Source of the DNA: a virus
Direction: 5' to 3' (one strand)
DNA: 64,000 nt
IMG/VR virus record: IMGVR_UViG_3300044632_001218
Below are positions 20,869 through 31,413 of the stretch, one piece after another; position 1 is the stretch's first letter; the number at the start of each line of letters is the position of its first letter. The position numbers were made by a program, and so were the translations under genes. The notes beneath the pieces were generated by a model, which made no database searches, was not told the DNA's origin, and saw nothing but the letters and a program-made list of their open reading frames with translations.

Positions 20869-21813
20869 ATGAGTAAAGATTTTTTGTGGGTGGAGAAATA
20901 CCGTCCAAAGAAAATTGAAGATTGCGTATTGCCTGATGAAACTAAAAAGACATTTAAGGAGTTTGTAGAAAAAGGAGAGATTCCTAATCTTCTCCTTGCA
21001 GGACCTCCAGGCATTGGTAAAACTACAATTGCAAAAGCATTATGTAATGAACTGGGAGTAGATTTTTATGTCATCAATGGGTCAGATGAAGGGAGATTTT
21101 TGGACACTGTACGGAACCAAGCAAAAAACTTTGCGTCGACCGTATCACTTCAAGCAACTGGTAAACACAAAGTCATCATCATTGATGAAGCAGATAACAC
21201 AGGGAACGACGTACAACTCCTACTACGGGCTAATATTGAGACATTTTATAACAACTGTAGATTCATCTTTACCTGCAACTACAAAAACAAAATCATTGAA
21301 CCACTTCACTCCAGATGTGCAGTCATTGATTTTACAATCAAAGGAAAAGAAAAAACCAAGTTGGCAGGATCCTTCTTCAAGCGTCTACAAAACATCTTGG
21401 ATGAAGAGAGCATCCAATATGATCAAAAAGTCCTTGCAGAACTAGTCAAAAAATATTTCCCAGATTTCAGAAGAGTCCTCAATGAATGTCAAAGACACTC
21501 AGTAGGGGGAAAAATTGACACAGGAATTCTTGCAACCTTCTCAGACATAGCAGTAAATGAACTCATTAAAAACCTTAAGGAAAAGAACTTTGCAGAAGTC
21601 AGAAAGTGGGTGGTCTCCAACTTGGACAACGATAGTTCTGTCCTTCTTCGCAGGGTTTATGACGCCTGTTATAGTTGTCTTTCACCCCAATCTATCCCTG
21701 CTGCCGTTCTTGTTATTGCTAAGTATCAATACCAAAGTGCGTTCGTGGCTGACCAAGAAATTAACATCTTAGCAGCACTTACAGAGTTAATGGTGGAGTG
21801 TAGTTTCAAATGA
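20869..21813 (+). CDS. gp44: Clamp loader large subunit (gp44)
   Basis: LWVEKYRPK, GPPGIGKTT, IIDEAD, PLHSRC. Confidence 0.97.
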   Translation: MSKDFLWVEKYRPKKIEDCVLPDETKKTFKEFVEKGEIPNLLLAGPPGIGKTTIAKALCNELGVDFYVINGSDEGRFLDTVRNQAKNFASTVSLQATGKHKVIIIDEADNTGNDVQLLLRANIETFYNNCRFIFTCNYKNKIIEPLHSRCAVIDFTIKGKEKTKLAGSFFKRLQNILDEESIQYDQKVLAELVKKYFPDFRRVLNECQRHSVGGKIDTGILATFSDIAVNELIKNLKEKNFAEVRKWVVSNLDNDSSVLLRRVYDACYSCLSPQSIPAAVLVIAKYQYQSAFVADQEINILAALTELMVECSFK

Positions 21814-22637
21814 CACAACTCAAAACTTGCCTTCGTTACCCTGGTGGGAAATCTAGAGCAGTCCCAAAACTGGCACAATATTTTCCAGACCTCAAAAACT
21901 ATGATGAGTTTAGAGAACCTCTTGTAGGTGGAGGAAGTGTTGCACTATACATTACAAAACAATATCCTTTTCTGGATATTTGGGTGAATGACCTTTATGA
22001 ACCTCTGGTAAACTTCTGGCAGCAACTCCAGATGTTTGGAACAGATCTGAAAGATAATCTTAAAGGAATAAAATTAGCAAACGATAAACCAGAATTAGCA
22101 AGGGATCTATTTCTTTATTGTAAGGATAAATTACACGAAGAAGGACGTTCAAATCTTGATCGTGCTGTTGATTTTTATATTATTAATAAGTGTTCTTTTT
22201 CTGGTCTTACAGAGAGTTCATCCTTTTCTGCACAAGCATCAGAAAACAATTTTAGTTTAAGGGGAATTGAAAAACTCCCAGAATACTCAAAATTAATTGA
22301 GCATTGGCGCATAACTAATTATTCTTATGACTACCTTATGGATGGAAACAAAGGTGTTTTTATGTATCTTGATCCTCCTTATGACATTAAGGATAATCTC
22401 TATGGGAACAGAGGTTCAATGCATAAAGGATTTGATCACGATAAGTTTGCTGCTGATTGTGATGTTAACAATGTGGATATGATGGTCAGTTATAATTCAA
22501 GTCAACTTATCAAAGAAAGATTTAAAAACTGGAAGGCAATTGAGTTTTCTCACACATATACAATGAGGTCTGTTGGAGATTATATGAAAGACCAACATGA
22601 ACGAAAAGAATTAGTATTGATTAATTATGAGTTATGA
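21810..22637 (+). CDS. dam: DNA adenine methyltransferase (Dam/D12 family)
   Basis: LRYPGGKS, EPLVGGGSV (SAM-binding), YLDPPY. Confidence 0.93.
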   Translation: MTQLKTCLRYPGGKSRAVPKLAQYFPDLKNYDEFREPLVGGGSVALYITKQYPFLDIWVNDLYEPLVNFWQQLQMFGTDLKDNLKGIKLANDKPELARDLFLYCKDKLHEEGRSNLDRAVDFYIINKCSFSGLTESSSFSAQASENNFSLRGIEKLPEYSKLIEHWRITNYSYDYLMDGNKGVFMYLDPPYDIKDNLYGNRGSMHKGFDHDKFAADCDVNNVDMMVSYNSSQLIKERFKNWKAIEFSHTYTMRSVGDYMKDQHERKELVLINYEL

Positions 22638-23013
22638 ATTGAAAGATTGGTTAAATTCAATTAACCAATCCAAAACCAATATTATGGACGAAGACCCCTC
22701 TTCTACAAAGGAATATCCTCCATATATTATTAATAGATGCTTGTCTGGACATATTGATTGTTTGATGTATGCTAATGAAATGAATAAGTATCACTCATTA
22801 GATAAAAAACTCCAATATGACTTTTTTATAAATACTTTGAGACCAAAGAAAAGATTTTCTCCTTGGATTAAAAAAGAAGAAATCAAAGACCTTGAAGTAG
22901 TCAAATCTTACTATAAGTATAGTAATGAAAAAGCAAAACAAGCTTTGAAAATCCTTTCTAAAGAACAAATTAAATTTATTAAATCAAAACTTGAAACTGG
23001 AGGAAGAAAATGA
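22627..23013 (+). CDS. gp62: Clamp loader small subunit (gp62)
   Basis: WLNSIN, YPPYIINRCLS, QYDFFINTLRPKKRFSPW. Confidence 0.92.
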   Translation: MSYELKDWLNSINQSKTNIMDEDPSSTKEYPPYIINRCLSGHIDCLMYANEMNKYHSLDKKLQYDFFINTLRPKKRFSPWIKKEEIKDLEVVKSYYKYSNEKAKQALKILSKEQIKFIKSKLETGGRK

Positions 23014-23450
23014 GCGTTGTAAATGAACCTGAAGTGAAATGGTCCCCAGACCAAATGGTAGAAGTATTTCTAAATGAACCTGATGATTTCTTGAAGGTTC
23101 GTGAAACACTTACAAGAATTGGAGTTGCTTCTCGCAAAGAGAGAAAAATTTACCAATCTTGTCACATTCTTCATAAACAGGGTAAATACTATCTTGTTCA
23201 TTTTAAAGAACTGTTTGCCCTTGATGGTAAGCACGCTAATTTGACTGTAAATGATGTGCAGAGAAGGAATAGAATTGCTCAACTTCTTGCAGATTGGGGT
23301 TTAATTACTGTCAAAGATGTTACTAAAATTCAAGACATTGCTCCATTGAATCAAATCAAAGTCTTATCTTACAAAGATAAAGATGAATGGATTCTTGAAA
23401 CCAAGTATAATATTGGTTCTAAAAAGAAAAGAGTAGAGGAAACTGAATAA
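23010..23450 (+). CDS. regA: Translational repressor RegA
   Basis: DDFLKVRETLTRIGVAS, QSCHILHKQGKYYLVHFKELFALDG. Confidence 0.97.
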   Translation: MSVVNEPEVKWSPDQMVEVFLNEPDDFLKVRETLTRIGVASRKERKIYQSCHILHKQGKYYLVHFKELFALDGKHANLTVNDVQRRNRIAQLLADWGLITVKDVTKIQDIAPLNQIKVLSYKDKDEWILETKYNIGSKKKRVEETE

Positions 23451-23559
23451 TTTTGTGGGGAATTCAACACTCCCTTTTTTATTGTATGTGATATAATTAG
23501 TATTGGATGCCTTAGGGATCCACAAATCACAAACTCGCTTAAAAAAAGGAGCTACCATA

Positions 23560-24000
23560 ATGACTAACCTTGCAACCTCACGGTTTACATCTGCGGATCT
23601 TCCTGCTCTAATGGATAGGATTACTCGCAATAGTATTGGAATGGATGAGTATTTTGATAGATTGTTTAATCTTCATGAAACAACATCAAATTATCCACCC
23701 TATAATCTAATTCAGGTAAATAATGTAGAATCTCATTTAGAGATTGCACTTGCGGGATTCAAAAGGGAGGAAGTAAATGTCTTCACAGAGTATGGAAAAC
23801 TTTTTGTCGAAGGACAAAAATCAGATACTGAATCGGATAGGACGTTTGTCCACAAGGGTTTGGCTCAACGAAGTTTCAAAAGAGCATGGACACTCTCAGA
23901 TGACACAGAGGTCAGAGAAGTCATCTTTGAAGATGGATTACTTGTCATTCGATTAGGAAAGATTGTTCCAGAGCATCATACACGTAAAAATTATCTCTAA
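23560..24000 (+). CDS. hsp20: Small heat-shock protein (Hsp20)
   Basis: YPPYNLI, EIALAGF, HKGLAQRSFKRAW, FEDGLL; ATG 23560 follows an AGGAG RBS. Confidence 0.95.
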   Translation: MTNLATSRFTSADLPALMDRITRNSIGMDEYFDRLFNLHETTSNYPPYNLIQVNNVESHLEIALAGFKREEVNVFTEYGKLFVEGQKSDTESDRTFVHKGLAQRSFKRAWTLSDDTEVREVIFEDGLLVIRLGKIVPEHHTRKNYL

Positions 24001-24024
24001 ATATAATTGAATATCGTTGCCGCT

Positions 24025-24064
24025 GGGGGAAGGATGACTAAGACCATCCACTTCCCCCTTTTTT
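24025..24064 (+). terminator. Terminator after hsp20
   Basis: GGGGAAG-GATG...CATC-ca-CTTCCCC followed by a T-run. Confidence 0.75.
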
Positions 24065-24071
24065 ATAAATA
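24064..24071 (+). promoter_or_regulatory. Late promoter TATAAATA upstream of nucleotidyltransferase
   Basis: Exact consensus 17 nt before ATG 24088. Confidence 0.8.
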
Positions 24072-24087
24072 TCAATAAAAGGATTTG

Positions 24088-24816
24088 ATGAAGACATATA
24101 CTGGGTTTTTTAAAGAATCTATATCTTTCCAAATACATAATCAATTAAATCCTACTTTTTGGGATGGTGAAGTTTTGCGTCCTAAAGTTAGATCGCAACT
24201 CAAAAAAATTGCCATGGCTTGGATTGATTATGTTGGTTTAAATAAAAATTCTGTAGAAGATATTTTACTTCTTGGTGGTAATGCAGGATATAACTACACA
24301 AAGTATTCTGATTTGGATTTGCATGTAGTCATTGATATGGATAAAGCACCAGATTGTCCAGATTTGCTTTCTGATTACTTTAAAGATAAAAAACAACTTT
24401 GGACATTAACACATGATATAAAAATCTATGGACATTCTGTAGAACCTTATATTGAAGAAGTTGGAAAGAAAAGAAGAAAAAATCAAGGGGTGTATTCAGT
24501 TAAGAATAACAAATGGATTGTTTTTCCTGGCAAGTTTGATGGTACTGTAGATAGGGACTTGCTAAAAACAAAGGTTTCTGATATGATGAGAAAGATTGAC
24601 AGCGTTATTAAAACCGGAAACAATGTTTCTGTGTTGGAAAATCTTCTGAAAAAAATCAGAGATATGAGAAATGCTGGGTTAGATAAATCTGGCGAGTTTG
24701 CTTTTGAAAATCTTGTATTCAAAGAATTGAGAAATAAAGGATACATAGACAAACTTGCTGATTATATTATAAAATTACAAGATAAATCATTAACTTTAGA
24801 AAATTATGTCTGTTAA
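24088..24816 (+). CDS. Pol-beta-superfamily nucleotidyltransferase-like protein with CTS-like N-terminus
   Basis: LLLGGNAGYNYTKYSDLDLHVV fits hG[GS]x9-13DhDh; third acidic residue in VEPY; N-terminus MKTYTGFFKE. Confidence 0.75.
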   Translation: MKTYTGFFKESISFQIHNQLNPTFWDGEVLRPKVRSQLKKIAMAWIDYVGLNKNSVEDILLLGGNAGYNYTKYSDLDLHVVIDMDKAPDCPDLLSDYFKDKKQLWTLTHDIKIYGHSVEPYIEEVGKKRRKNQGVYSVKNNKWIVFPGKFDGTVDRDLLKTKVSDMMRKIDSVIKTGNNVSVLENLLKKIRDMRNAGLDKSGEFAFENLVFKELRNKGYIDKLADYIIKLQDKSLTLENYVC

Positions 24817-25111
24817 ACTTTTGATTCTAAAATCATATGAAGATGTGATTGCTGATGTAAAAGAAATGCTCTCTGGTGATAAGGTTGTAGGATATGTTTT
24901 AAATAATCCATATCTGATTAGACTTGAAGATAACACTGAAGATTTGCCAGCAAGAGTTTCTTTTTATCCTTATGTTCCACTTTCAAAGGATAAAAATATT
25001 CCAATTCCTTGTGATTGGGTAGTGTCTATTGTGGAACCCCTTGATGAAGTAAAAGATTCTTATTTGGAGCGATTGAATGCAAAACCTGAAAATTCTGATT
25101 CTGAAGAATGA
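24806..25111 (+). CDS. Conserved cyanophage hypothetical protein
   Basis: 101-aa ORF; first of a similar-looking pair upstream of gp43. Confidence 0.75.
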   Translation: MSVKLLILKSYEDVIADVKEMLSGDKVVGYVLNNPYLIRLEDNTEDLPARVSFYPYVPLSKDKNIPIPCDWVVSIVEPLDEVKDSYLERLNAKPENSDSEE

Positions 25112-25340
25112 TACAATTCTAATTACTGAAGTTCATGAAATAGAAACTGAACTTGGTGGACCAGATTGTAAATTAGTAAATCCTTGTCAGATGATTGTTT
25201 CTGATGAAGCAGTATATGATATGAGGAAGTGGCCAGTCTTTACTGACCAAAAAGAACTAATGATTCATTCTGATTCTATCTTTACTATTGTAGACCCTAA
25301 ACCTGACCAAATTGAACTTTATTTGAAGACTATTAAATGA
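25077..25340 (+). CDS. Conserved cyanophage hypothetical protein
   Basis: 87-aa ORF coupled to gp43. Confidence 0.75.
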   Translation: MQNLKILILKNDTILITEVHEIETELGGPDCKLVNPCQMIVSDEAVYDMRKWPVFTDQKELMIHSDSIFTIVDPKPDQIELYLKTIK

Positions 25341-27829
25341 ACTTTTACACGAATGTAGTTCTTGTTGGAAATGAAATACTTTCCAGAGGGTATTCTAACG
25401 GAAAACATTATAAAAACAGAGAGGATTTTTATCCAACTCTTTATGTTCAGACGAATAAAAAGACTAAGTTTAAAACCCTTGAAGGTAATTATGTAGAAGA
25501 AGTTAAACCAGGAACTATTCGTGAAACAAGAGATTTTATTAAAAGATATGAAAATGTAGAAAATTTTCAACTATCTGGAAATACCAGATACATCAATCAA
25601 TATATTACAGAAAACTATCCTGATGAAATCAAGTTTGATATTTCTAAAATTAGATTGATTACTATTGACATTGAGGTTGCTTCTGAAAATGGGTTTCCTG
25701 ATGTTAAGAGTTGTGCAGAAGAACTTCTGACAATTACTATTCAAGATTATAATACAAAAGAGATTACTACTTGGGGAGTAAAACCATTCAATAACAAACA
25801 AAAAAATGTAACTTATCATTTGTGTTCTGGAGAAGCAGACCTGTTAGACCAGTTTATTTTCTGGTGGGAAAACTATTCTCCAGAAGTTATTACTGGTTGG
25901 AACTGTGATTTGTATGATATTCCATACATCTATGGAAGGATGTGTAGAATTATTGGTGAGAAAGTTGCTAAACAACTTTCTCCTTGGGGAATTGTCACAG
26001 AAAATGAAGTCTTCATAAAAGGTAGGACTCATAGTAGATATGATATTGCTGGGGTAACTATTCTTGACTATCTTGAACTTTATAAGAAATTTACATATAA
26101 AGCACAAGAATCATATCGTCTGGACCACATTGCTGATGTAGAGCTTGGTCAGAAAAAACTTGACCACTCTGAGTTTGATACTTTTAAAGAGTTTTATACC
26201 AAAGGTTGGCAGAAGTTTGTTGAATACAACATCGTTGACGTGGAACTTGTTGACCGTTTGGAAGACAAGATGAAACTGATTGAGTTGGCAATTACTATGG
26301 CTTATGATGCTAAAGTAAATTATAATGATGTATTCTTTCAGGTAAGGACTTGGGATTCTATTATCTACAATTATTTGAAGGAACGAAATATTGTTATTCC
26401 TTTCAAAAAAGAAACTAAAAAAGATGCTAAGTTTGCTGGTGCTTATGTAAAAGAACCTATTCCTGGAAAGTATGATTGGGTTGTGTCTTTTGACCTCAAC
26501 TCCCTATATCCACACCTTCTGATGATGTATAACATTAGTCCAGAAACTTATGTTGGTATGAAACATCCAACAGCAACTGTTGATAGGATTTTGCAACAAT
26601 CTATAGATTTTTCTGATTACAAAGACTATGCAGTTTGTGCTAATGGTGCAATGTATAGAAAGGATATTAAAGGATTTCTTCCAGAGTTGATGGAAAAGAT
26701 GTATAGTGATCGTGTCATCTATAAAAAGAAGATGCTTGTTGCTAAACAACAGTATGAAAAAACTCCCACTAAAGAGTTGGAAAAAGAAATTGCCAGATGT
26801 AATAACATTCAGATGGCAAAGAAGATTTCTCTAAACTCTGCTTATGGTGCTGTTGGCAATGAATACTTCAGATACTTCAAGTTGGAAAATGCAGAAGCAG
26901 TTACACTTTCTGGTCAAGTTTCAATTAGATGGATTGAAAATAAACTTAATGAATATCTGAACAAACTTCTCAAAACTGATGAGGTAGATTATGTTATTGC
27001 TGTGGATACTGATTCCGTGTATCTTAATATGGGTCCTTTGGTTGAAATTATATTCAAGGGACGAGAGAAAACTACTGAAAGCATTGTCACGTTCCTTGAT
27101 AAGATCTGTCAGGTGGAACTTGAAAAGTATATTGAAGGTTGCTACCAAGAACTGGCGAACTATGTAAATGCCTATGAACAGAAGATGCAGATGAAGCGTG
27201 AGAACATTGCTGATCGTGGAATCTGGACTGCCAAGAAAAGATACATTCTCAATGTCTGGGATAGTGAAGGTGTTAGATATGAAACTCCTAAACTGAAGAT
27301 GATGGGTATTGAGGCAGTTAAATCTTCAACTCCTGCTCCTTGTAGGGTGAAAATTAAAGAAGCACTCAATATCATTATGACTAAGACTGAAGATGAGTTG
27401 ATTGATTTTGTGAGTAATTTTAAGAAAGAGTTTTCTAATCTTAACCCAGAAGACATTGCTTTTCCCAGATCAGTTAATGAACTTCTTAAGTATAAGTCAA
27501 ATCAAACAATTTATAGTAAAGGAACCCCTATTCACACCAGAGGAGCTTTGTTGTATAATCACTATATCAAAGATAAAAGTTTGGACTCAAAATATCCATT
27601 GATTAACAATGGTGAAAAAATCAAGTTCATTTTTCTAAAGAAGGCAAACCCAATTAGAGAAAATGTAATCTCATTCATTCAACAGTTTCCCAAGGAACTT
27701 GGATTAGTCAAATATGTAGATTATGATTTACAATTTGAAAAGAGTTTTATTGAACCACTCAAAAGCATTCTAAACTGTATTGGTTGGAATGTAGAAAAAA
27801 CAACAACATTAGATTCACTTTTTGCATAA
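25337..27829 (+). CDS. gp43: Family B DNA polymerase (gp43), uninterrupted
   Basis: Exonuclease [25 protein letters not shown] motifs. Confidence 0.98.
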   Translation: MNFYTNVVLVGNEILSRGYSNGKHYKNREDFYPTLYVQTNKKTKFKTLEGNYVEEVKPGTIRETRDFIKRYENVENFQLSGNTRYINQYITENYPDEIKFDISKIRLITIDIEVASENGFPDVKSCAEELLTITIQDYNTKEITTWGVKPFNNKQKNVTYHLCSGEADLLDQFIFWWENYSPEVITGWNCDLYDIPYIYGRMCRIIGEKVAKQLSPWGIVTENEVFIKGRTHSRYDIAGVTILDYLELYKKFTYKAQESYRLDHIADVELGQKKLDHSEFDTFKEFYTKGWQKFVEYNIVDVELVDRLEDKMKLIELAITMAYDAKVNYNDVFFQVRTWDSIIYNYLKERNIVIPFKKETKKDAKFAGAYVKEPIPGKYDWVVSFDLNSLYPHLLMMYNISPETYVGMKHPTATVDRILQQSIDFSDYKDYAVCANGAMYRKDIKGFLPELMEKMYSDRVIYKKKMLVAKQQYEKTPTKELEKEIARCNNIQMAKKISLNSAYGAVGNEYFRYFKLENAEAVTLSGQVSIRWIENKLNEYLNKLLKTDEVDYVIAVDTDSVYLNMGPLVEIIFKGREKTTESIVTFLDKICQVELEKYIEGCYQELANYVNAYEQKMQMKRENIADRGIWTAKKRYILNVWDSEGVRYETPKLKMMGIEAVKSSTPAPCRVKIKEALNIIMTKTEDELIDFVSNFKKEFSNLNPEDIAFPRSVNELLKYKSNQTIYSKGTPIHTRGALLYNHYIKDKSLDSKYPLINNGEKIKFIFLKKANPIRENVISFIQQFPKELGLVKYVDYDLQFEKSFIEPLKSILNCIGWNVEKTTTLDSLFA

Positions 27830-27831
27830 CT

Positions 27832-28836
27832 ATGGACTTTCTTAAAGATATCGTAAAGGAAATTGGTGGAGAATACACACAACTGGCAGCAGACATTGAT
27901 GAAACTGAAACATATGTGGACACAGGTAGTTACATATTCAATGCTCTTGTGTCTGGGAGTATCAATGGTGGTGTATCTGGTAACAAAATCACTGCAATTG
28001 CAGGTGAAAGTTCTACTGGAAAAACATTCTTCTCTCTTGCAGTTGTCAAGCATTTTCTTGATAATAATACTAATGGATATTGTCTGTATTTTGATACTGA
28101 AGCTGCAATAACAAAATCCATGCTTGAAAGTAGAGGATTGGATACCAGTAGAGTTGTAGTTGTTAATGTTGTTACTATTGAAGAGTTTAGGTCAAAGGCA
28201 CTTAAAGCAGTTGATTTGTATCTCAAAAGAAAAGAAGGAGAACGTAAACCTTGTATGTTTGTTCTTGATTCTCTTGGTATGCTTTCTACAGAAAAGGAAA
28301 TTCAAGATGCTTTAGATGATAAGCAAGTTCGTGACATGACTAAATCGCAACTTATCAAAGGTGCATTTAGAATGTTGACTCTTAAATTGGGACAAGCAAA
28401 GATTCCTATGATTGTAACTAATCACACTTATGATGTTGTTGGTTCATATGTACCAACTAAAGAAATGAGTGGTGGTTCTGGTCTTAAGTATGCAGCATCT
28501 ACAATCATCTATCTTTCTAAAAAGAAAGAAAAGGATGGCACTGAAGTAGTTGGTAATATCATCAAGGCAACAACCCACAAATCAAGGTTGAGTAAAGAAA
28601 ATAAAACAGTAGAGATTCGTCTTTATTATGATGAGAGGGGATTGGATAAGTATTATGGTCTTTTAGAGTTGGCGGAAAAATATGAAATCTTCAAGAAGGT
28701 GGGAACTCGTTATGATGTGGGAAATGGTATTACTCAGTTTGGAAAAACTATTATGGAAGCTCCACAGAAATACTTTACGCCAGAAATCCTCCAAGCACTT
28801 GATGAAGTAGCAAAAAAAGAATTTTCTTATGGTTGA
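27832..28836 (+). CDS. uvsX: RecA-like recombinase UvsX
   Basis: [29 protein letters not shown]. Confidence 0.96.
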   Translation: MDFLKDIVKEIGGEYTQLAADIDETETYVDTGSYIFNALVSGSINGGVSGNKITAIAGESSTGKTFFSLAVVKHFLDNNTNGYCLYFDTEAAITKSMLESRGLDTSRVVVVNVVTIEEFRSKALKAVDLYLKRKEGERKPCMFVLDSLGMLSTEKEIQDALDDKQVRDMTKSQLIKGAFRMLTLKLGQAKIPMIVTNHTYDVVGSYVPTKEMSGGSGLKYAASTIIYLSKKKEKDGTEVVGNIIKATTHKSRLSKENKTVEIRLYYDERGLDKYYGLLELAEKYEIFKKVGTRYDVGNGITQFGKTIMEAPQKYFTPEILQALDEVAKKEFSYG

Positions 28837-28841
28837 TTTGA

Positions 28842-30221
28842 ATGGATAGTATTGAAGTTACAATTTTAAGAAATTTACTTTTTAATAATGAATATTGCAG
28901 AAAGGTTTTACCTTTTATTAAATTAGATTATTTTGAGAACTTTCATGAGAAAGTTCTCTTTGATGAAATGAGTAAGTTTATCACTACATATGACAGTCTT
29001 GCTACCAAAGAAGTTCTCTTGATTGAGGCAGAAAAAAGAACTGATATTAGTGAAGATACTTATAAAACAATCTGTGAATATGTTTCTAATCTTGATGATT
29101 CCCCAGCAGAACTCAACTGGTTGATTGACACTACAGAAAAGTGGTGTAGAGATCGTGCCATTTATCTGGCACTCATGGAATCAATTAAAATTGCTGATGG
29201 TCAGGAAGAAACAAAATCAAGAGATGCCATTCCATCTATTTTGCAAGAAGCACTTGCTATTGGATTTGACCACAATATTGGACATGATTACTTAAATGAC
29301 TATGAACAAAGATATGAATCATATCACAGGAAGGAAGACAAAATTCCATTTGACCTTGATTACTTCAACAAAATTACAAAAGGTGGCATACCTAATAAGA
29401 CTCTCAATATCGCTTTGGCTGGCACAGGTGTCGGGAAAAGTTTATTCATGTGCCATATGGCTAGCTCCGTCCTCCTGCAAGGGCGCAATGTTCTCTACAT
29501 TACACTTGAAATGGCAGAAGAAAGGATTGCTGAAAGAATTGATGCAAATCTTTTGAATGTTAATATCAAAGATATTGAAGAACTTCCCAAGAAAGTTTTT
29601 GAAACTAAAGTAAATAGCATTAGTAAAAAGACTCAAGGGACTTTAATTATTAAAGAATACCCTACTGCTTCTGCTCATACAGGGCACTTTAAGGCACTTC
29701 TCAATGAACTTTCTCTCAAGAAATCATTTAGACCTGATATTATTTTCATTGACTACCTTAATATTTGTGGTTCCTCTAGGTATAAGGCAAACTTTTCAGT
29801 CAATTCTTATAGTTATGTCAAAGCAATTGCTGAAGAACTTAGAGGTTTGGCAGTGGAATTCAATGTTCCCATTGTCTCTGCTACCCAGACTACCCGCAGT
29901 GGTTATGGCAACTCTGATGTTGAACTTACTGATACTAGTGAGTCCTTTGGTCTCCCTGCTACTGCTGATCTTATGTTTGCCCTTATTAGCACTGAAGAGT
30001 TGGAGCAACTTGGGCAGATTATGGTAAAGCAATTGAAAAATAGATATAATGACCCTACCATCAATAAAAGATTTGTTGTTGGTATTGATAGAGCAAAAAT
30101 GAGACTCTATGATTGTGAACAGAAGGCACAAGATAATATTCTTGACTCTGGAAAGGAAGAGGAGTATACTTATGAAGAAGAACCTAAAAAAGACAAATTC
30201 GCTGGATTTAAATTCTCATGA
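28842..30221 (+). CDS. gp41: Replicative helicase (gp41)
   Basis: AGTGVGKS, IDYLNIC, TQTTR, SESFGLPATAD, KQLKNRY. Confidence 0.97.
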   Translation: MDSIEVTILRNLLFNNEYCRKVLPFIKLDYFENFHEKVLFDEMSKFITTYDSLATKEVLLIEAEKRTDISEDTYKTICEYVSNLDDSPAELNWLIDTTEKWCRDRAIYLALMESIKIADGQEETKSRDAIPSILQEALAIGFDHNIGHDYLNDYEQRYESYHRKEDKIPFDLDYFNKITKGGIPNKTLNIALAGTGVGKSLFMCHMASSVLLQGRNVLYITLEMAEERIAERIDANLLNVNIKDIEELPKKVFETKVNSISKKTQGTLIIKEYPTASAHTGHFKALLNELSLKKSFRPDIIFIDYLNICGSSRYKANFSVNSYSYVKAIAEELRGLAVEFNVPIVSATQTTRSGYGNSDVELTDTSESFGLPATADLMFALISTEELEQLGQIMVKQLKNRYNDPTINKRFVVGIDRAKMRLYDCEQKAQDNILDSGKEEEYTYEEEPKKDKFAGFKFS

Positions 30222-30628
30222 TTGATAAAGTTGATTTTAACAAGTATAAAAACTTTGTAGATGCAGTTACATCAGATGCATCAAAAGATTTTGTAGCATT
30301 TTCAGATCGTATTGTAGAACTGGATCGCAAAGGTGCTAATATTGAACGCCTTCTCACTGCTGGTGTTGGCATCAATGCTGAAGGTGGTGAGTTTCTTGAG
30401 ATTGTTAAGAAGATGATTTTTCAAGGTAAGCCATGGAATGAAGATAACAAAGACCACCTGATTACTGAACTTGGTGATATGATGTGGTATGTTATGCAGG
30501 CATGTATTGCTCTTGAAGTTCCTTTGGATTATGTGGTTTCGAGGAATGTTGACAAACTGATGAAGCGTTATCCTGAAGGTGCATTTGATGTATTCTATTC
30601 GGAACATCGTTCTGAAGACGATAGATAA
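30218..30628 (+). CDS. mazG: MazG-like NTP pyrophosphohydrolase
   Basis: EGGEFLEIVKK...ELGDMMWY...NVDKLMKRYP. Confidence 0.92.
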   Translation: MIDKVDFNKYKNFVDAVTSDASKDFVAFSDRIVELDRKGANIERLLTAGVGINAEGGEFLEIVKKMIFQGKPWNEDNKDHLITELGDMMWYVMQACIALEVPLDYVVSRNVDKLMKRYPEGAFDVFYSEHRSEDDR

Positions 30629-30640
30629 TAATAAAAACCT

Positions 30641-31411
30641 ATGACTGCAAAATTTGATAGGTATGAAATACTAATTGCAGAAGAGATTAATAAAATAAAA
30701 GGTCTTACTGCGATAAGACCTGCATCAAATGTTCATTATTCTGATGTAAAAATTACAAAAAATGGAAAAACCTCTTTTGTAGAAGTAAAGATGGAAGATA
30801 GTAAGGGACAATATCCACAAATTGTAAATACAAGATTTAATTATAATATTACATTACCTGGAAAATGGGGATCTACTAATCCTGGTGCAGCAGCTGAATT
30901 TATGGTAGATAAACTAAATTCCTCAACGATAACAAAAAATATTGTAAAAGAATTATCTCAATTTATTAAAATACCTTTAGATAAATTAAAGATTCCAACA
31001 ACTTTTGGAAATTTAAAAAAATATGCTGATGTATCTCCATCTAAAGAACAAATTAAAAAATTTTTTTCTGATGGTGGAGGAATAAGAGGTAGGCAATATA
31101 TTTTTGAAATTAAAAATATAGATATGAGTGAACTAGCTAAATTACATTATATGACTGGAAAAACATTTCCTGCAGACTACATACAACTGGGAGACAATTT
31201 TTTTAGAATGAATGAACATGATACTTTTAATCTTAAACATGTTCCTATGTTAAATGGAAAAGGAAATTTGTTAGTTAGATTTTCTATACTAAATTCAAAA
31301 AATTATTATGAAATTCAACCTGAAGCAAAGTTTAATAAAAATAGTATTGTAAAAAGTCAATATTCATTTCACCCAGGAACTAAAAAGTTAAACCCATTTT
31401 TTTCTTTATAA
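30641..31411 (+). CDS. Putative PD-(D/E)xK nuclease
   Basis: YSDVKITKNGKTSFVEVK resembles the D-x(10)-ExK catalytic motif; very AT-rich. Confidence 0.5.
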   Translation: MTAKFDRYEILIAEEINKIKGLTAIRPASNVHYSDVKITKNGKTSFVEVKMEDSKGQYPQIVNTRFNYNITLPGKWGSTNPGAAAEFMVDKLNSSTITKNIVKELSQFIKIPLDKLKIPTTFGNLKKYADVSPSKEQIKKFFSDGGGIRGRQYIFEIKNIDMSELAKLHYMTGKTFPADYIQLGDNFFRMNEHDTFNLKHVPMLNGKGNLLVRFSILNSKNYYEIQPEAKFNKNSIVKSQYSFHPGTKKLNPFFSL

Positions 31412-31413
31412 CT

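Noticed and set aside
23455-23482. Terminator after regA
   Set aside because: A T-run is present but the stem is only about 4 bp; too weak to call.
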